32,000 nucleotides of DNA, taken from assembly GCF_008065095.1 (NCBI RefSeq), contig NZ_CP042911.1, positions 3,930,001 to 3,962,000 of the forward strand, written 5' to 3'. The notes under the pieces were generated by a model. The model saw only the letters and a program-made list of their open reading frames with translations. It did no database searches and was not told the origin of the DNA. Shown piece by piece: positions 16,816 to 24,805 of this stretch. A program made the translations under genes and the position numbers. This DNA is from Gemmata obscuriglobus (GTDB taxonomy: Bacteria > Planctomycetota > Planctomycetia > Gemmatales > Gemmataceae). Every line of letters begins with the position of its first letter. Within the stretch, counting starts at the first letter, position 1.

Positions 16816-17712
16816 TCACGCGGTGCCGAGGTGCCGCGCGAGCCGGTCGAAGTTCTGTTCGTTCGCGGCGACCACGAACCCGCGGACCCGCTGCGCCTCT
16901 GCCGCGTCCTCGAACCGCATGTGCCACGTCAGTCGCGTCCGCCCGCTCTCGTCGTCGAACGTCATGGACATCCGGAACCGGTGGACCGGCTCGATGTGGT
17001 CGAAGACCACTCGCAGGGGCTCCGCGACCTCGGCGAACACGCTTTCGTTGTGGTAGTCGGCGCCATCGGGGCCGTGCATCACGAGCTTCCAGACGCCGCC
17101 GGGGCGCGGGTCGAACGCCTGGATCGTGTTCGTGAACCCGTCCGGCCCCCACCAGTGCTTCAGTTGTTCCGGGTCGGTGAACGCCCGGAACAGGCGCTCG
17201 CGCGGCGCGTCGAACACGCGCGCGTTGACGATTTCGCCGCCCGCTTCGGCGAGTTCCGCCACGAGCGCCGCGAACCGGTCCAGTGTTTGCCGCCCGCCCT
17301 CGACGGCCCCGTACTCGCGGGCCGCGCGGTCGCGCGCCGCGGCCGACGGGAACACCGCCCGTAACGTCACCCGGGTCTTCCCGCCCGCGTCGTCGAACGT
17401 CACGGTGGTGTGGAACTCGACATGTTCGGCGGCCTCGCCCTCGTGTTGGTACACGAGCTTCGCGGGCCGCTCGACGGCGAGGTACGTGATCACGTTCGGG
17501 TAGTCGGTGCCGTCCGGCCCGTGCATCACGAACCGCCACGTCCCGCCGGGGCGCACGTCCATCGCTTCCGTGGTCGTGGTGAAGCCGTTCGGCCCCCACC
17601 AGTTCGACACGTGCGCCGGGTCGGTCCACGCGCTGAACACCAGTTCGCGGGGCGCGCCGATGTCGCGAACGGTTACGATCTCGCGGTCCGCCGTGTCATT
17701 CGCTGCCGCCAT
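16816..17712 (-). CDS. SRPBCC-superfamily protein with two AHSA1-like domains
   Basis: 298 aa from ATG 17712. The motif pair ..W(T/F)DPxxxxxWWGPxGFT..RPGG.W..VMHGPDG.DY.. occurs twice. It overlaps the arsR-like stop by 17 nt. Confidence 0.85.
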   Translation of the reverse strand: MAAANDTADREIVTVRDIGAPRELVFSAWTDPAHVSNWWGPNGFTTTTEAMDVRPGGTWRFVMHGPDGTDYPNVITYLAVERPAKLVYQHEGEAAEHVEFHTTVTFDDAGGKTRVTLRAVFPSAAARDRAAREYGAVEGGRQTLDRFAALVAELAEAGGEIVNARVFDAPRERLFRAFTDPEQLKHWWGPDGFTNTIQAFDPRPGGVWKLVMHGPDGADYHNESVFAEVAEPLRVVFDHIEPVHRFRMSMTFDDESGRTRLTWHMRFEDAAEAQRVRGFVVAANEQNFDRLARHLGTA

Positions 17713-18049
17713 TCGGTTTCTCCTGCGCTTGCAGTTGCTGGAGGTACTGGTCGAGCCGGTCCAGTCGCTCGCCCCACAGCCGCTCGAAGGTCTTGACCCA
17801 GTCGTGGATCGGCCGGAGCCCGTCGGCGTTGAGGGAGTAGAGCCGCTGCTGCCCGGCCCCGCGCACCCGCACCAGTCCCACCTTCCGCAGCACACCGAGG
17901 TGTTTCGACGCCTGCGGCTGGGTGAGTTTGAGGGCCTGCACCACGTCGGTGACCGACCGCTCGCCTCGGGCGAGCAGATCGAGGATGTCGCGCCGCCGCG
18001 GTTCGCCGACCGCACTGAAGGCGTCGAGGGTAGTAGGTGAGCGGGGCAT
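17696..18049 (-). CDS. ArsR/SmtB-family transcriptional regulator
   Basis: 117 aa: ..FSAVGEPRRRDILDLLARGERSVTDVVQALKLTQPQASKHLGVLRKVGLVRVRGAGQQRLYSLN.. (winged HTH). Confidence 0.9.
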   Translation of the reverse strand: MPRSPTTLDAFSAVGEPRRRDILDLLARGERSVTDVVQALKLTQPQASKHLGVLRKVGLVRVRGAGQQRLYSLNADGLRPIHDWVKTFERLWGERLDRLDQYLQQLQAQEKPNGGSE

Positions 18050-18053
18050 GGGG

Positions 18054-18078
18054 ATTATATATTCCGATATGGGAATGT
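18054..18078 (-). promoter_or_regulatory. Candidate -10 box plus operator palindrome for the arsR-like gene
   Basis: Minus strand reads acattcccatatcggaaTATATAATccccATG. TATAAT (18059..18054) ends 4 nt before the ATG. The 20-bp imperfect palindrome atattccgatatgggaatgt (18059..18078, 16/20 self-complementary) overlaps it. Confidence 0.4.
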
Positions 18079-18126
18079 TTCGAGGTCAGTAGTCGAACCG
18101 TCGCGAATTGTACCGGATGGAAGTGG

Positions 18127-18465
18127 TCAGGGGCGGCGTCGCGAGCGTGGCACGGGCCATCCGAACTCGGCCCACCAGTTCCGAAGCTGTTGCTGTGCGG
18201 CGGGCGGAAAGTGGCCGGAGGTTTTCAGGCGGATGCGCCCGTTACTCGCAACGCCGAACACGAGGCCGCGCTGAATGCGGTGTGCGGCGGCCACCTCGCG
18301 CACGCGGTCGAGGAACGCCCCGGTTACGCGCCCGTGGACCGCGTGGGGTTCACCGTTCGCGATGCGGACCGTGAAGAGCGGGCGCGGCCGTGCAGCCTGG
18401 AGGATACCCCAAACGATGGCTCCGACGATGAGCAGCGCGATCACGTTGGGCAGGACGCTTTCCAT
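18127..18465 (-). CDS. Small N-terminally membrane-anchored protein (possibly DUF3634-like)
   Basis: 112 aa. TM segment VLPNVIALLIVGAIVWGIL, then ..FTVRIANGEPHAVHGRV..FLDRVREV..RIRLKTSGHFPPAAQQQLRNWW... The family assignment is from memory only. Confidence 0.55.
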   Translation of the reverse strand: MESVLPNVIALLIVGAIVWGILQAARPRPLFTVRIANGEPHAVHGRVTGAFLDRVREVAAAHRIQRGLVFGVASNGRIRLKTSGHFPPAAQQQLRNWWAEFGWPVPRSRRRP

Positions 18466-18933
18466 TTGGCGGCTCGGAGCGTGGACGAACCGGGCGTTGA
18501 CTGATGAACTGTATTATTAGCGGTTATCCATGCGTCGCTCGTGGGAGGCGTGTCGAACACCGAACGGGGAAGGGGGCCGGCGAACGATTCGCTACCTTGG
18601 GCGCGGTCGGAACACCAGCGGGGCTACCTTTTTATGAGAAGCTTGTGGTTGGGCATGGCGGTGCGGACCGTCTGCGGGCTGACCGCGCCCGCGGGCACTT
18701 CTTCCGGGGTGTCATCTCGATCGCCGCCGTTGGGAGGTCGAAGGCTCCCGCTCCGCCCAGCTTGGCGTCCACACACGACTCGTCGGCGCCGCCGAACAAC
18801 TCCTGCCGGCTGAGCCCATCGGGCGTGACGACAATCACGGTCTCAGCAAGGTTAACGGCCGCTCCCCGCGCACCCCGGATTGACCGCCGCCGCACTTCTG
18901 TGCAATAACGCCACCACTTCCGGAGGCGGGCGC

Positions 18934-20616
18934 ATGGACGGGGCCGAAAAGGGCGTGGTCGGGTGGTGCCGGTATTTGTTCACGGGACTTTTGTTCCCGG
19001 GCACCGCGGACGCGGACACGCGCGTGCGATCGCTCTCGTTGCTGCTCGTGCTGGTGCTGCCCGCGGCGCTGCTGTACCCCACCCGCGGGTTCCATTTGCT
19101 CGAACCCGACGAGGGGCGGTACGCCCAGATCCCCAAGGAAATGCTGGAGAGGGGCTCGTGGGTGGTGCCGACCCTCCAGGGCGAGGCGTACCTCGACAAG
19201 CCGCCGCTGATGTACTGGCTGGTGGCGCTCAGCTACCGGGCGTTCGGCACGACGCCGGAAGCGGCGCGACTCGTGCCCGCCCTGTGCGTTCACCTCACGA
19301 TACTAGCAGTGTACCTGCTCGGTCGGCGGAGCATCGGCGAGCGCGGCGCGTTCTGGGCCGCCCTCCTGCTGTCTGTCGCGCCGGGGTTCGTGAGTGTGGC
19401 CCGACTGCTCCTGCTCGACGGACTCCTGGTCCTTTGCGTCACCACGTCGGTGCTGTGCGGGTTCGAGGCTGTTCGCACCGGCACCCTCAAGCGGGGCTGG
19501 TGGCTGCTGGCGGCGGTCGCGTCCGGGCTCGGGTTCCTGACGAAGGGGCCGATTTCGGAGGTGCTGCTGTTCGTGCCGCTGTGGGCGTTCGGGTTCCTGG
19601 CACGCGGCCCCTCAGCCCCTGCCGTCAGCCGTGAGGGAGGGGGGCGAGGTCCGGCCCGGGTCGCGTGGTACTGGTACCTGGTGTTCTTCGGCGTGGTGTT
19701 CGCCGTGAACCTGCCGTGGTACGTGGCCATTTACCTGCGCGAGCCGCAGTTCCTGAAGTACTTCTTCTGGGAACACAACGTAATGCGGTTCCTCCAGCCG
19801 TTCGACCACCTGCAACCGATCTGGTACTACGCGCCCATTCTCATCGGCGGGTTGCTACCGGGGACGATCCTGCTTGTCGCGTATGTATTCAACCTGTTGC
19901 GGTCCGCGCCCCAAGACGGCGCCAACCGGTCGCTCGCGGGCGGTTTCTGGCTGTTGACCGGCGCGTGGTGCGTGTTATTCTTCAGTTGCTCGGGGAGCAA
20001 GCTGCCCACCTACGTCCTCCCGGCGTACCCGTTCTTGTGTCTGGCGCTCGGCGAGTACGTCGCCCGGACGAGGTGGAACGTGCAGTTCCGCACCCGGGCG
20101 TTGATCGGGGGCATGGCGGCGTTCCTGCTGTTCGTTCACCACGTCGGTGTGCCGTGGTATGCGAAGGAGCGCTCGCCGTTCGGTGACCCGGAACTGGTGG
20201 GGCGGTTCGTGGCGGACCACGATGTGGCGGTGGTGTGCTTCCCGCGGAACTGCGATTCGCTCGCGTTCTATCACGACCGGTCCGACATGCGAAACGTGCG
20301 GACCAAGAGCGTGAACCAACTGCTGGTGGACTGCCACCACCGGCCGCGAACGGTGATCCTGTTCACCCACAGCGATTCCTTCACGGGGTTCAAGAGCACG
20401 CTGCCCCCGAGCCTCGAAATCGTCGAATCCGCGACCCTCAAGCGCAAAGTGAAGGGCTCGCTACTCGATAAGCTGACGGGGGCGACCCCCTGGGGGTTGT
20501 GCGACATGGCCGTAGTGGTGCCGAGGTACCACGTCCCGCCGAAGGACGGGGCCGAGCTTCAGTCGTTCCAGGTTCCAGGTTCCAAGTTCCACGGTCGAGC
20601 GCGGGCTTCGCGGTAG
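18934..20616 (+). CDS. Glycosyltransferase family 39 (ArnT/PMT-like, polytopic membrane protein)
   Basis: ATG at 18934 lies 7 nt after GGAGG (the ORF track starts at 18880). Motif ..LLEPDEGRYAQIPKEMLERGSWVVPTLQGEAYLDKPPLMYWL.. plus many TM segments. Confidence 0.85.
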   Translation: MDGAEKGVVGWCRYLFTGLLFPGTADADTRVRSLSLLLVLVLPAALLYPTRGFHLLEPDEGRYAQIPKEMLERGSWVVPTLQGEAYLDKPPLMYWLVALSYRAFGTTPEAARLVPALCVHLTILAVYLLGRRSIGERGAFWAALLLSVAPGFVSVARLLLLDGLLVLCVTTSVLCGFEAVRTGTLKRGWWLLAAVASGLGFLTKGPISEVLLFVPLWAFGFLARGPSAPAVSREGGGRGPARVAWYWYLVFFGVVFAVNLPWYVAIYLREPQFLKYFFWEHNVMRFLQPFDHLQPIWYYAPILIGGLLPGTILLVAYVFNLLRSAPQDGANRSLAGGFWLLTGAWCVLFFSCSGSKLPTYVLPAYPFLCLALGEYVARTRWNVQFRTRALIGGMAAFLLFVHHVGVPWYAKERSPFGDPELVGRFVADHDVAVVCFPRNCDSLAFYHDRSDMRNVRTKSVNQLLVDCHHRPRTVILFTHSDSFTGFKSTLPPSLEIVESATLKRKVKGSLLDKLTGATPWGLCDMAVVVPRYHVPPKDGAELQSFQVPGSKFHGRARASR

Positions 20617-20659
20617 CTACCGGCTTCGTGCTGACTTGGAACCTGGAAACACACTTGCC

Positions 20660-21694
20660 TTACATCCCGCCCAGGGCTTCGCTGTACACGCCGGAGATCG
20701 CGGTGGCGATGCGGAAGATGAAGAAGATGATCATCAGCGCGACCATGCCGTAGATCATGTACCCGGTCATCTGGGCGGCGCCCTTCATCTTGCGGTCCGC
20801 GTCCTCGCGTAGGTGTTCCGCCAACCGGTCCATCACCTCCGACGTGTTGCCCGTCTCCTCGCCGGTCATCAGCGCGCCGATGAAGTCTTGCGGGAACGGG
20901 GCACGCGACGCCTCGAGCGCTTCGACCAGTTCGCTCCCGCGTTTCACGACCGCAACGGCCCGCTCCTCGCCCTGTTGGAACCGCGTGTTGCACGTCGCCC
21001 TGAAGCAGTAGTGCAGCGTCTTCTCGGCGCGTAACCCGGCCTCGGCGCACATCCGCAGGGACACGGCGAACCGGAGCAGCGCGAACGCCAGCAACGCCGG
21101 CCCCCACCCCGGTACGTTCAGGAACAGGCCTTCGAGCCGTGCCCGGAACTGGAGGTTTTCCGTGGCGATCTTCAGCACCACGAGAATCGAGCCCGCGAAC
21201 GCCACCGCGCACCCCAGGAACGCCAGCGCGCCGGTGGTGCCGGTGAGCCCGAGCCCGGTCGGGTCCATCTTGCTGCCGAGCATCCCGAGGATGAAGATGA
21301 GGGCCGTGACGATGCCCACGGCGGCCACGTAATTGATGACCGGGTAAGCCATCTGCGCACGGAACCGGCGCTGCGTGGTGAGCGCCGCCGCGAAGTACTG
21401 CTCGAGTTCCTGGAACGTGTCATCGAGCCGGCCCGTTTGCTCACCCACCGCGACAAGTTCCACGAACAGGGGCGGGAATTTGTCGCGGTGCGGTTCGAGG
21501 GCGTCTTCGAGCGACGAGCCCTTTGCGAGCCTCTTGGCCAGGTCGCCGGCCAGCGCGCGGAGGGGGCGCGGACCGGATTTCGCTTGCTGTTTGAAGATCT
21601 TGAGCGGATCGAGCCCCGCGCTGAGACTGAACCGGAGCACCCGGCACCACTCCACGAGGGCCGGAAGCGGGCACTTGGAAGACGAAAACAGCAT
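20660..21694 (-). CDS. Type II secretion system F-family protein (GspF/PilC-like), orphan
   Basis: 344 aa with two T2SSF-like repeats (..LAKRLAKGSSLEDALEPHRDKFPPLFVELVAVGEQTGRLDDTF.. and ..VVKRGSELVEALEASRAPFPQDFIGALMTGEETGNTSEVMDRL..). TM segments present. No adjacent ATPase or pseudopilin genes. Confidence 0.85.
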   Translation of the reverse strand: MLFSSSKCPLPALVEWCRVLRFSLSAGLDPLKIFKQQAKSGPRPLRALAGDLAKRLAKGSSLEDALEPHRDKFPPLFVELVAVGEQTGRLDDTFQELEQYFAAALTTQRRFRAQMAYPVINYVAAVGIVTALIFILGMLGSKMDPTGLGLTGTTGALAFLGCAVAFAGSILVVLKIATENLQFRARLEGLFLNVPGWGPALLAFALLRFAVSLRMCAEAGLRAEKTLHYCFRATCNTRFQQGEERAVAVVKRGSELVEALEASRAPFPQDFIGALMTGEETGNTSEVMDRLAEHLREDADRKMKGAAQMTGYMIYGMVALMIIFFIFRIATAISGVYSEALGGM

Positions 21695-21781
21695 GGCTGT
21701 GGCGTCGCGAGGGAAGCGGATATCGTAGAAGACGCCGCGCGACAGACTCGATCTCGCGCACCGCTTCTTTTGGTATACCCG

Positions 21782-22162
21782 ATGGCCGACGCGGCCGACA
21801 CTGCCGATTCACCCGATCCGCGGTTCTTGGCGGGCGTGGACCTGTTCAACCGGGGCGCGTTCTTCGACGCGCACGAGGTGTGGGAAGAACTTTGGCGCGA
21901 CTGCCCGGCCCCGGACCGGCGATTCTACCAGGCGCTGATTCAGGCCGCCGTCGCGCTGCACCATTTCGACCGCGGCAACCACACCGGTGCGGCCCGGCTG
22001 TACCGTTCGGGCCGGCGGTACATGGAACCGTACCGCCCGGCGTACAGGGGAATAGTCATCGATCCGTTCTGGGACGCGATGGCGGGGCACCTCGCGGTCG
22101 CGCTCGGAAATGCGGGCGGCCCCGCGCCGGCGCGCCCCGAGATCTCGCTGCGACCGGTGTAA
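21782..22162 (+). CDS. DUF309 domain protein
   Basis: 126 aa from ATG 21782: ..FLAGVDLFNRGAFFDAHEVWEELWRD...RRFYQALIQAAVALHHFDRGNHTGAARLYRSG... The upstream part of ORF 21437..22162 is antisense to the T2SS-F gene. Confidence 0.75.
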   Translation: MADAADTADSPDPRFLAGVDLFNRGAFFDAHEVWEELWRDCPAPDRRFYQALIQAAVALHHFDRGNHTGAARLYRSGRRYMEPYRPAYRGIVIDPFWDAMAGHLAVALGNAGGPAPARPEISLRPV

Positions 22163-22255
22163 CGCGCCCGGCGACGACTACAACAAATACGATCACCCCG
22201 TTCGGCGTCCGTGCGCCGGACTGGGCACCGCTTTCTTTTCGAGCTAGAAGGCCGC

Positions 22256-23428
22256 ATGCGTGTTGTCGAACTCGAAGCCCGGCACGTGCGCGTCGCGTTG
22301 CGGCGCAAGGTGACGCACGCGAGCCACGTTCGCACCGACACCGACAACGTGGTCGTGCGGTGCAAACTCAGCGACGGGAGCACCGGTTACGGCGAAGGGG
22401 TCCCGCGCGACTACGTAACCGGCGAGACGCTGGCCTCGGCCCTCGATCTGTTGAACCGCTCCGACCTCGCAAAGCAACTCGACGCCGACGTGGACGATTT
22501 CGTCCAGGCGGTTCACCTCGCGGAGAAACTCTCGCTGGCAACGGTTCCGGGCGACGACCGCGGGATCGGGGGCAACGCCGCCCGTTGCGCGGTCGAACTG
22601 GCGGTGCTCGACGCGTTCGGCAGGGCGTTCGGCGAACCGCTCACGAAGGTCACGGAACTGGTCGCGCCGGAACTGTACCGGTTCCGCGACCGGGTGCAGT
22701 ACAGCGGCGTCATCGGCAACCCGCGCGGCTGGAAGAAGCGCCTGTACCCTCTCGTGTACCGGCTCGCCGGGTTCTCGCAGGTGAAGGTGAAGGTCGGGAT
22801 CGAGGGCCAGGACGACGTCACGCGGCTCAAGCTCATGCGCCGCTGGCTCGGGCGCAAAATCGATGTGCGCATCGACGCCAACGAAGCCTGGGCGCCGACC
22901 GAAGTGGCGGCGCGAATCCAGGAACTCGAACCGTTCGGCATCACGAGCGTCGAACAACCGGTGCGCCACGAAGACGTGGCCTGCCTCGCCAGCGTTCGCA
23001 AGCAGATCGGCACGCTGGTCATGCTGGACGAATCGCTGTGCGGCCCGGTTGATGCGGAGCGGGCGGTGCAGGGCGGGTGGTGCGACCTGTTCAACCTACG
23101 GCTGTCGAAGTGTGGCGGGTTCATTCCCACCCTGCGGTTGGCCCAGTTCGCGAAGAGTCACGGCCTCGGCTACCAACTCGGGTGTCAGGTCGGCGAAACG
23201 GCCATTTTGAGCGCCGCGGGACGGCACTTCGCGACCAGCGTTGCGGACCTGCGTTACACCGAGGGGAGCTACGACCGGCACCTGGTCAGCGAGGCACTGG
23301 GGACCGAAGATCTGACGTTTCGGCGCAATGGCTCGGCGCCCGCCCTCGTGGGGTGCGGGCTGGGCTTTCAGGTCGATCCGGTCCGGCTCGATCGTGTCAC
23401 CCAGCGCAAGGAGTCGCTCCTTGGCTGA
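22256..23428 (+). CDS. Enolase-superfamily enzyme (mandelate racemase / muconate lactonizing / dipeptide-epimerase-like)
   Basis: ATG at 22256 (MRVVELEARHV..). Catalytic-pattern residues in order: ..VKVKVG.., ..IRIDANEAW.., ..SVEQP.., ..MLDES.., ..NLRLSKCGG... Confidence 0.85.
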   Translation: MRVVELEARHVRVALRRKVTHASHVRTDTDNVVVRCKLSDGSTGYGEGVPRDYVTGETLASALDLLNRSDLAKQLDADVDDFVQAVHLAEKLSLATVPGDDRGIGGNAARCAVELAVLDAFGRAFGEPLTKVTELVAPELYRFRDRVQYSGVIGNPRGWKKRLYPLVYRLAGFSQVKVKVGIEGQDDVTRLKLMRRWLGRKIDVRIDANEAWAPTEVAARIQELEPFGITSVEQPVRHEDVACLASVRKQIGTLVMLDESLCGPVDAERAVQGGWCDLFNLRLSKCGGFIPTLRLAQFAKSHGLGYQLGCQVGETAILSAAGRHFATSVADLRYTEGSYDRHLVSEALGTEDLTFRRNGSAPALVGCGLGFQVDPVRLDRVTQRKESLLG

Positions 23429-23552
23429 CGGCGCACAACCCCTTCCCCCGAAGCCCCATCGCGAGCGGGAAGGGCAGGGCAACCTGTCCCACGGCCCCCT
23501 TCATGAAGGGAAGGGGGGAGAAGGCACGTCGGACGCGCTCAGCGAATGGAGT

Positions 23553-24449
23553 GTGCCGGACGTGTCTGCGGAACTCCGCATCCCTGAAGGAAAGGGGCCG
23601 GGGGGGCAGTCGCTTCCGAACTTGGGGCTCTTCACCGCCTCGGACGCATACCGCTTCTATTACCGCCGTTACCCGGCAGTCGGAGAGACGCGGGCGCGGA
23701 TCGTGATCGTTCACGGTATTCGCAGTCACGGCGGGTGGTACTCGCGCTCGTGCGGCGAACTGGCCGGCGCCGGGTTCGACGTGTACTTCCTCGACCGCCG
23801 CGGCTCCGGTCTGAACACCGCGCACCGCGGCGACGCGCCCAACTTCCGGCGCCTGATCGATGATGTTGCGGAGTTCGTGCAGGGGCTCCGCGGCGAGCAC
23901 GCCTGGTTGCCGGTGTTCGTGTGCGGGATTTCCTGGGGCGGGAAGCTCGCGGTCGGGTTACCGTACCGCAAGCCGAACCTCGTCGACGGTCTGGTACTGC
24001 TGTGCCCGGGGCTCGTGCCGAAGGTCGCGCCGCCGTTACCTCAGCGGGCTCGGATCGCCGTCGCACGGGTGTTCTGGCCGTGGAAGTTCTTTCCGATTCC
24101 GCTCAACGAGCCGGATCTGTTTACGGCGTCCGAAGAGTGGCGCCGGTACGTCGACACCGAGCCGCACGGGTTGCGCGAGGCCACGTCGCGGTTCCTGTTT
24201 AGCAGCTTCTCGCTGGACATTTACCTGCGCCGGGCCGCGAAGCGGGTGACGGTCCCCACACTCATGCTGCTCGCGGAGAACGACCGCATCATCGACAACG
24301 CACCGACCGCCGCGTTCGTCGGTCGGTTCCCGGGCGCGACCGAGGTCAAAACGTACCCCGGGGCGCACCACACGCTCGAGTTCGAGCACGAAAACCACCC
24401 GTGGTTGTCCGACATGAAAGCGTGGTTGGACGCCAGGCTGTCACGCTAA
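23553..24449 (+). CDS. Alpha/beta hydrolase (lysophospholipase / monoacylglycerol-lipase-like)
   Basis: ..RIVIVHGIRSHGGWY..FLDRRGSG.., nucleophile elbow GISWGG, ..YPGAHHTLEFE... The start is uncertain. GTG 23553 is chosen as the first plausible start after the preceding gene. There is no in-frame ATG before the conserved core. Confidence 0.75.
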   Translation: MPDVSAELRIPEGKGPGGQSLPNLGLFTASDAYRFYYRRYPAVGETRARIVIVHGIRSHGGWYSRSCGELAGAGFDVYFLDRRGSGLNTAHRGDAPNFRRLIDDVAEFVQGLRGEHAWLPVFVCGISWGGKLAVGLPYRKPNLVDGLVLLCPGLVPKVAPPLPQRARIAVARVFWPWKFFPIPLNEPDLFTASEEWRRYVDTEPHGLREATSRFLFSSFSLDIYLRRAAKRVTVPTLMLLAENDRIIDNAPTAAFVGRFPGATEVKTYPGAHHTLEFEHENHPWLSDMKAWLDARLSR

Positions 24450-24457
24450 CCGTGACC

Positions 24458-24634
24458 TCAACTAATCACCGCGAAAACCACGAACGCAATTATTAGCACA
24501 ACGCCCACTACCAGCACGATTTGCGGGAGCCTGGAGGGGCGCTGCTTGGCGGCCTCCCGGGCGTGCTCTTGGATCTCGTGCTTGTGCTTTTTGCGGGCTT
24601 CTTCGTGGTGCCGCTTTTTTGCGCTGTTGTTCAT
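24458..24634 (-). CDS. Possible 58-aa tail-anchored small membrane protein
   Basis: MNNSAKKRHHEEARKKHKHEIQEHAREAAKQRPSRLPQIVLVVGVVLIIAFVVFAVIS*. ATG lies 11 nt after GAGG. Clear basic head plus one TM tail. It is just below the ORF-track length cutoff. The listed 119-aa ORF 24462..24821 is a different, low-complexity frame. Confidence 0.4.
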   Translation of the reverse strand: MNNSAKKRHHEEARKKHKHEIQEHAREAAKQRPSRLPQIVLVVGVVLIIAFVVFAVIS

Positions 24635-24805
24635 GGCGCCGAACCTCGGAGATATACGCCGGGCCGGATGGCAGAGCTCGACGTGTAGTGTTTTTGTAGT
24701 GTACTGCGCCCGAAGCGCGGTTGTCGAGAGGATGCGTGCGGCGCGGAGGCGCTTGCGCGTAATACCAAATCCGATTGAAGAGTATCGGTGATTGGGAGCG
24801 CCACC

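Noticed and set aside
16816-18015. ORF-track extensions: the 399-aa ORF fusing the SRPBCC gene to an out-of-frame read of arsR, the 300-aa version of 26626..27528, and the 381-aa ORF 10203..11348.
   Set aside because: The upstream portions are Arg/Pro-rich junk that crosses gene or IS boundaries. Internal ATGs (17712, 27336, 10757), with family-typical N-termini and for the latter a GGAGG, are the credible starts.
20566-20590. 7-bp unit ttccagg/ttccaag repeated about 3.5 times.
   Set aside because: It lies in the last codons of the GT39 gene (..FQVPGSKF..), is short and imperfect, and has no apparent consequence beyond possible slippage at the extreme C-terminus.
23445-23600. C-rich and G-rich purine motifs (ccccttccc, gggaaggg, gaagggaagggg, gaaggaaagggg) and the 14-bp palindrome cccttcatgaaggg between the enolase-superfamily and hydrolase genes.
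   Set aside because: Possible stems have long loops and no U-tract, the motifs are short and degenerate, and the region may be the N-terminal extension of the hydrolase ORF. I cannot distinguish a regulatory element from compositional noise.
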